Shown: positions 62,709 through 64,000 of the stretch, piece after piece
Layout of the letters: each line of letters opens with the position of its first letter
Numbering within the stretch: the stretch's first letter is position 1
From: Thermomicrobiales bacterium
GTDB taxonomy: Bacteria; Chloroflexota; Chloroflexia; Thermomicrobiales; UBA6265
DNA: 64,000 nucleotides
Assembly (NCBI GenBank): GCA_033812595.1
Contig: JAPXTJ010000001.1
Location: 13,306-77,305, forward strand
Reading direction: 5' to 3'
Translations under genes and position numbers: made by a program
Notes under the pieces: generated by a model
The model's database searches: none
Seen by the model: the letters and a program-made list of their open reading frames with translations, nothing else
Told to the model about the DNA's origin: nothing

Positions 62709-63515
62709 ATGGATAACGCGCCCGGATTGGACCAGTTTCGAACATCTCCACTCTTCGTCGCCGGCGCGCCGTCGGTCCAGGCGGCGTTCACCAACCTGTT
62801 CGAACTAGACGCCGCCTGCGCCACCTGCATCTCGAGCGTTTCGCCCGGACTCGCCACGCGCCACCCCGATCACCCGGCGATCGCGATCCTGGCGCCAAAG
62901 CTCGGTAATCTCGGGCGGGACGCGCGAGTGCTCACGCCCCCGTCGAAACTGCGCCTGCTCGTTCCACGACCGGGTGACCTGATATTCGTCAATATCAGCG
63001 GACGCGGCGCGCGCCTCGGCAAGGTCGGGTACGCCAGGCGGCTGTTCGAATCGGAGACCCTCTACGCCTTTACCGATCTGGACGCGCTGCGCGGTCCCGA
63101 TCCGGAAGTGGCGATCGGCCTCTGGCGTTCGTATGTCTCGAATCTGGCCCGGCTCGGACGCCACCTTGGCGAAGAGGGCGCCGAACTGACCGTCGAGCTC
63201 GCCCTCGGCATCACCTGCCGCCGGTACTTCCTCGGCGCGACGATCGACGGCCTGGCTATCGCCGTATCGACGTGGGATCCGATCCTCGCCGAACTCGCCG
63301 GACGCGCCATCCTGCAGTTGAAATCGGGCGCCCTCGGCGACCTGACGCGCGGGCCGTGGGAAGCGCCGATCGTCCAGCGCGCCGGTGAATTCAAGCTCGG
63401 CGTTCGCACGCCCGATCAGATCGAGGTCACTCACCGCTGGAGCGGCGGCGCCAACGAAGCCCGCTTCGCGTCGTTCCTCGAACGATTCGCCGATCGACTC
63501 TCGATTACACTTTGA
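62709..63515 (+). CDS. Hypothetical protein (weak DUF362-like pattern)
   Basis: 268 aa with GC3-rich codons. Only a loose resemblance (AIAILAPKL ... GLAIAVSTWDPILAELAGRAIL). No catalytic motif recognised. Confidence 0.45.
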   Translation: MDNAPGLDQFRTSPLFVAGAPSVQAAFTNLFELDAACATCISSVSPGLATRHPDHPAIAILAPKLGNLGRDARVLTPPSKLRLLVPRPGDLIFVNISGRGARLGKVGYARRLFESETLYAFTDLDALRGPDPEVAIGLWRSYVSNLARLGRHLGEEGAELTVELALGITCRRYFLGATIDGLAIAVSTWDPILAELAGRAILQLKSGALGDLTRGPWEAPIVQRAGEFKLGVRTPDQIEVTHRWSGGANEARFASFLERFADRLSITL

Positions 63516-63554
63516 GTCGAACGTTTGTACGCCAGCTGATCAGGCAATGACGCC

Positions 63555-64000
63555 ATGAACTCCGAGCCCCGCCCCGATTTCTCAAAACGCCTCTCTGCCC
63601 TGCCGACCGAGCCGGGCGTTTACCTGATGAAGAATGTCGACGGCAAGGTGATCTACGTCGGCAAGGCGATCGCGCTGCGCAATCGGGTGCGCTCCTACTT
63701 CCAGTCGACCCGCGGCCACACCCCGAAAACGCGCGAACTGGTCGCGAACATTACCGACTGGGAAGTGATCCGGACCGATACGCCGGCGGAAGCGCTCATC
63801 CTCGAAAACGAGCTGATCAAGCGCTACCTGCCGAAGTACAACGTCATGCTGAAAGACAGCAAGACGTATCCCTACCTCAAGATCACCGAGGAGGAGTGGC
63901 CCCGGATCATCTCGACCCGCCGGGTGGTCCCGGATGGCGGCCGCTATTTCGGGCCGTACACCTCGGCCGGCAATGCCTACCGCACCCTGAATCTGCTCAA
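63555..64000 (+). CDS. uvrC: Excinuclease ABC subunit C, N-terminal GIY-YIG part (runs off the right edge)
   Basis: Not in the track because it is open at the edge. ATG 63555 gives MNSEPRPDFSKRLSALPTEPGVYLMKNVDGKVIYVGKAIALRNRVRSYF...EALILENELIKRYLPKYNVMLKDSKTYPYLKIT. Confidence 0.9.
   Translation, partial: MNSEPRPDFSKRLSALPTEPGVYLMKNVDGKVIYVGKAIALRNRVRSYFQSTRGHTPKTRELVANITDWEVIRTDTPAEALILENELIKRYLPKYNVMLKDSKTYPYLKITEEEWPRIISTRRVVPDGGRYFGPYTSAGNAYRTLNLL

Overview
High-GC bacterial chromosomal window. Hand counts on coding lines give about 65-72% GC. It is densely coding on both strands, with about 60 protein genes. I found no rRNA, tRNA or CRISPR array. Most of the content is accessory metabolism and transport: two family-5 (peptide/opine-type) substrate-binding proteins, one of them with two permeases; a sugar ABC importer (binding protein plus two permeases); several xylose-isomerase-like TIM-barrel, Gfo/Idh/MocA, SDR, VOC and amidohydrolase genes; a standalone dihydrolipoyl dehydrogenase; and two inositol-monophosphatase-family paralogues. 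There are two ECF sigma/anti-sigma pairs and three DNA repair genes (a UvrD-type helicase, an AlkA-like glycosylase, and the 5' end of uvrC). Items worth a second look:
- two low-GC islets of about 1 kb, one carrying a solitary two-domain HNH nuclease (candidate modification-dependent restriction enzyme), the other a tandem trypco2-like conflict-system domain protein
- a UvrD-family helicase with an embedded DEDDh exonuclease domain
- a 501-aa orphan with a PD-(D/E)XK-like motif
- a convergent pair of zinc-ribbon proteins, one with four 30-aa acidic repeats and the other an apparently catalytically dead PrsW-like membrane domain
- a GNAT / N-succinylamino-acid-racemase / M20 trio matching the described D-to-L amino-acid inversion pathway
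- a phosphotriesterase homologue that has lost the HxH metal ligands
- a tandem pair of paralogous secreted multi-module proteins
- a dispersed palindromic intergenic repeat of about 110 bp (3-4 copies)
Many long ORFs in the track are antisense shadow ORFs typical of high-GC DNA and were rejected. All family assignments come from reading motifs by eye; no database search was possible. Taxonomy cannot be fixed from the sequence alone. The gene repertoire is compatible with Chloroflexota/Thermomicrobia-like or actinobacterial genomes.
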